Shown: piece by piece, positions 62,131 through 64,000 of the stretch
Numbering within the stretch: position 1 is the stretch's first letter
Layout of the letters: every line of letters starts with the position of its first letter
Assembly (NCBI RefSeq): GCF_006345805.1
Contig: NW_021835476.1
Span: 1 to 64,000, forward strand
Direction of reading: 5' to 3'
DNA: 64,000 nucleotides
From: Octopus sinensis
Taxonomy: Eukaryota
Notes under the pieces: model-generated
What the model saw: only the letters and a program-made list of their open reading frames with translations
Databases searched by the model: none
What the model was told of the DNA's origin: nothing
Translations under genes and position numbers: made by a program

Positions 62131-62921
62131 TTATAGATCAAACAAATCAGTATCGGGAATCTCAACCACATCTCCAGGGTTGAAGGGGGCAGACCACTGT
62201 AAGGACAACCATCACATCGAAATGCATCTCCGAGATAGCACTACTACTATAACCACACAAATACATTCCCACAAGAAGACCTCATCACACCCTCCGAAAC
62301 ATCCAATCCACACGTACAATTCGCACATGCTCTCCTCTTCTGTTTTGCTGTGTAACTGATCCTCACAGGAGGCAGTTTGTCTTGCTCTTCCAATATCTCA
62401 TCACTGTTGATCGTCTCTCCCTCTTCCTCGTAGTCAATGTCACTCCAAATATTCGATATTGATGTCCCATTGGCAAAACTCGCCTTCTGGACAGTGATGA
62501 ATGAGGAGTCGAGTTCATTTGATTGCTGTATGTTTATAAATATTATTGTACGTCTATTGGTGAGAAAAAACCAGCAATCTTGAGTAATCTGATTAGTTTT
62601 GAGTCCAATAAATCATTTGATTTCTCGAAAATGAATAAAAGGACTCCTCCAGCGTGTAGTAATTCGTGAAGAGAGGCTAAAAATAAAGTATTTAGTTCGG
62701 TTATAAGTATTCCACAGCAAAATATCAATGAATAACGCCTGCTAAAGGATATTACTAGTCATTAGGTTACGTAATCAACTATTTTGTATATTTGTAGGGA
62801 CTGTAGTATCCCCCAAATGTGTCCATTCGTTTATTTTTGTTTTTATATTCTGGTCATATAGATCATGTTCTCCAATTACTGATAATAGCTGAGCATTGCT
62901 AAATAGATCTTCGATAGCCAT
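62131..62921 (-). CDS. CIAPIN1: Anamorsin (Dre2), Fe-S assembly factor
   Basis: N-terminal methyltransferase-like [16 protein letters not shown]...LLKIAGF; C-terminal [12 protein letters not shown] and SSCGN|[23 protein letters not shown] (24-nt intron 62241-62264). Confidence 0.92.
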
Positions 62922-63385
62922 TTAATAACAAAAATGTGCCCACAAGAAAAAAATGTTAATAAATAATTTAACAAAATTTTTTTGAATAATACGAATTATT
63001 GTTGATAAAATTATGTTTTTAAATGCTGATGGATAAAAATACTCGAGGAAGACTGCCTCTAATTTTCGTAAAACCGATCTTACTTTACTTACTCTACTAA
63101 CCTTTCTACATCAAGACTTAACCTTGATTGGAAAAGGGCTGACATAGGCAGACGACATCGAGTTCTGAGAAAACTGTCGAGGAACAAAGTGAAATGGAAG
63201 AGATTAACAAAACACATTCAGAATGGCGAAAAAACTTTATTTAGGTTGTTTTGAAGGTGCGCTTATTAATAATAATAGATCAAAAAAATAAGAAATCAAC
63301 AGCATCAAAAATTAATCTCTTATATGTTTCTTAAATAAAATAAACTGATAAATAGTTTTATCACAAAACATCGCGTTAAATTAAA

Positions 63386-64000
63386 TTAGTAAAATTCCAA
63401 AAAGTAAATAATATTAGTTAGTATGAATAGGTACTTATCTGTTTTAGGCGATTGTCTCGCTGTAGTACATTTCACTTTCTCTGTTGTATGCGATTTCGCT
63501 GCCTTTATCGTAGGCAATTTCGCTGCCTCTGTTGTAGTTGTCGATGCTTCTGTTGTGGTTGTTGTAGTTGCCTCTGTTGTAGTTGTCAGTGTTATGCCGA
63601 ATATCTCGAAAATAAGCGAGACTAGAGCTTGATGTCCAGGTGAATTATAATATGTGTTCATAATATCTAATATAGTGTCACTTTTCATAAGATCAGCGAA
63701 TTCCTGTTCTAAATTGTTTTGTTTCTTTGCAAAAAATAAATAAAAGAATACTGTGATCTCTAAATTCGGTCGAAATTGATCAGTTCCAACATTAGTTCGC
63801 AAAATTTCTTTAACTTGTTTCGTAAATTCTATTTAAAATCACTTTTAGATTAAACCTCTCTCATTAATATGTAATCCGATATCCCCTCGCGATGAAACTA
63901 TATTTTACTAATACAAATTTACAAAATGGATTATCTCTAATTCCTCCAGCTAAGACCATGTGAAATATAATAAATAAATAACACGTCGTTAACATTTCGA
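63386..64000 (-). CDS. Hypothetical protein with Thr/Glu/Ala mucin-like stretch (5' end outside window)
   Basis: TLTTTTEATTTTTTEASTTTTEAAK within ORF 63386-63802; tiny-intron candidates on both sides. Confidence 0.45.

Overview
AT-rich, TE-littered metazoan nuclear DNA whose genes are split by ultra-short GT-AG introns (mostly 22-30 nt). Tiny introns plus animal-specific genes suggest a dicyemid mesozoan; this is inference, not a database match. The ORF track is fragmented by these introns, and hand-splicing recovers apparently intact genes: aspartyl-tRNA synthetase (5' part), an EH+SH3 endocytic adaptor, NOP58, calcineurin B, a 195-aa Cnc/Nrf2-like bZIP with DLG and ETGE degrons, ARHGAP1, an EXOG/EndoG nuclease, two C-type lectin paralogues, an SFMBT-like Polycomb protein, an LC8 dynein light chain, an adhesion GPCR, XAB2/SYF1, a classical calpain and anamorsin (CIAPIN1). 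There are also several hypothetical proteins and a decayed sushi-repeat pseudogene. Mobile DNA comprises CRE-like RLE retrotransposon 3' fragments with 11-12-bp TSDs, APE-LINE remnants, pogo/Tigger, hAT (TAGGG-ended and Buster-type), Merlin and a MITE. The most unusual signal is a kilobase-scale sawtooth strand skew: G/T-rich to the left and C/A-rich to the right of discrete points, regardless of gene orientation. Other signals are AT-only 60-80-nt islands and introns, a Cys-deficient anamorsin, loop-focused lectin divergence and an orphan cyclophilin exon. No rRNA, tRNA or CRISPR array was found. Exon boundaries are manual calls and need RNA-seq confirmation.
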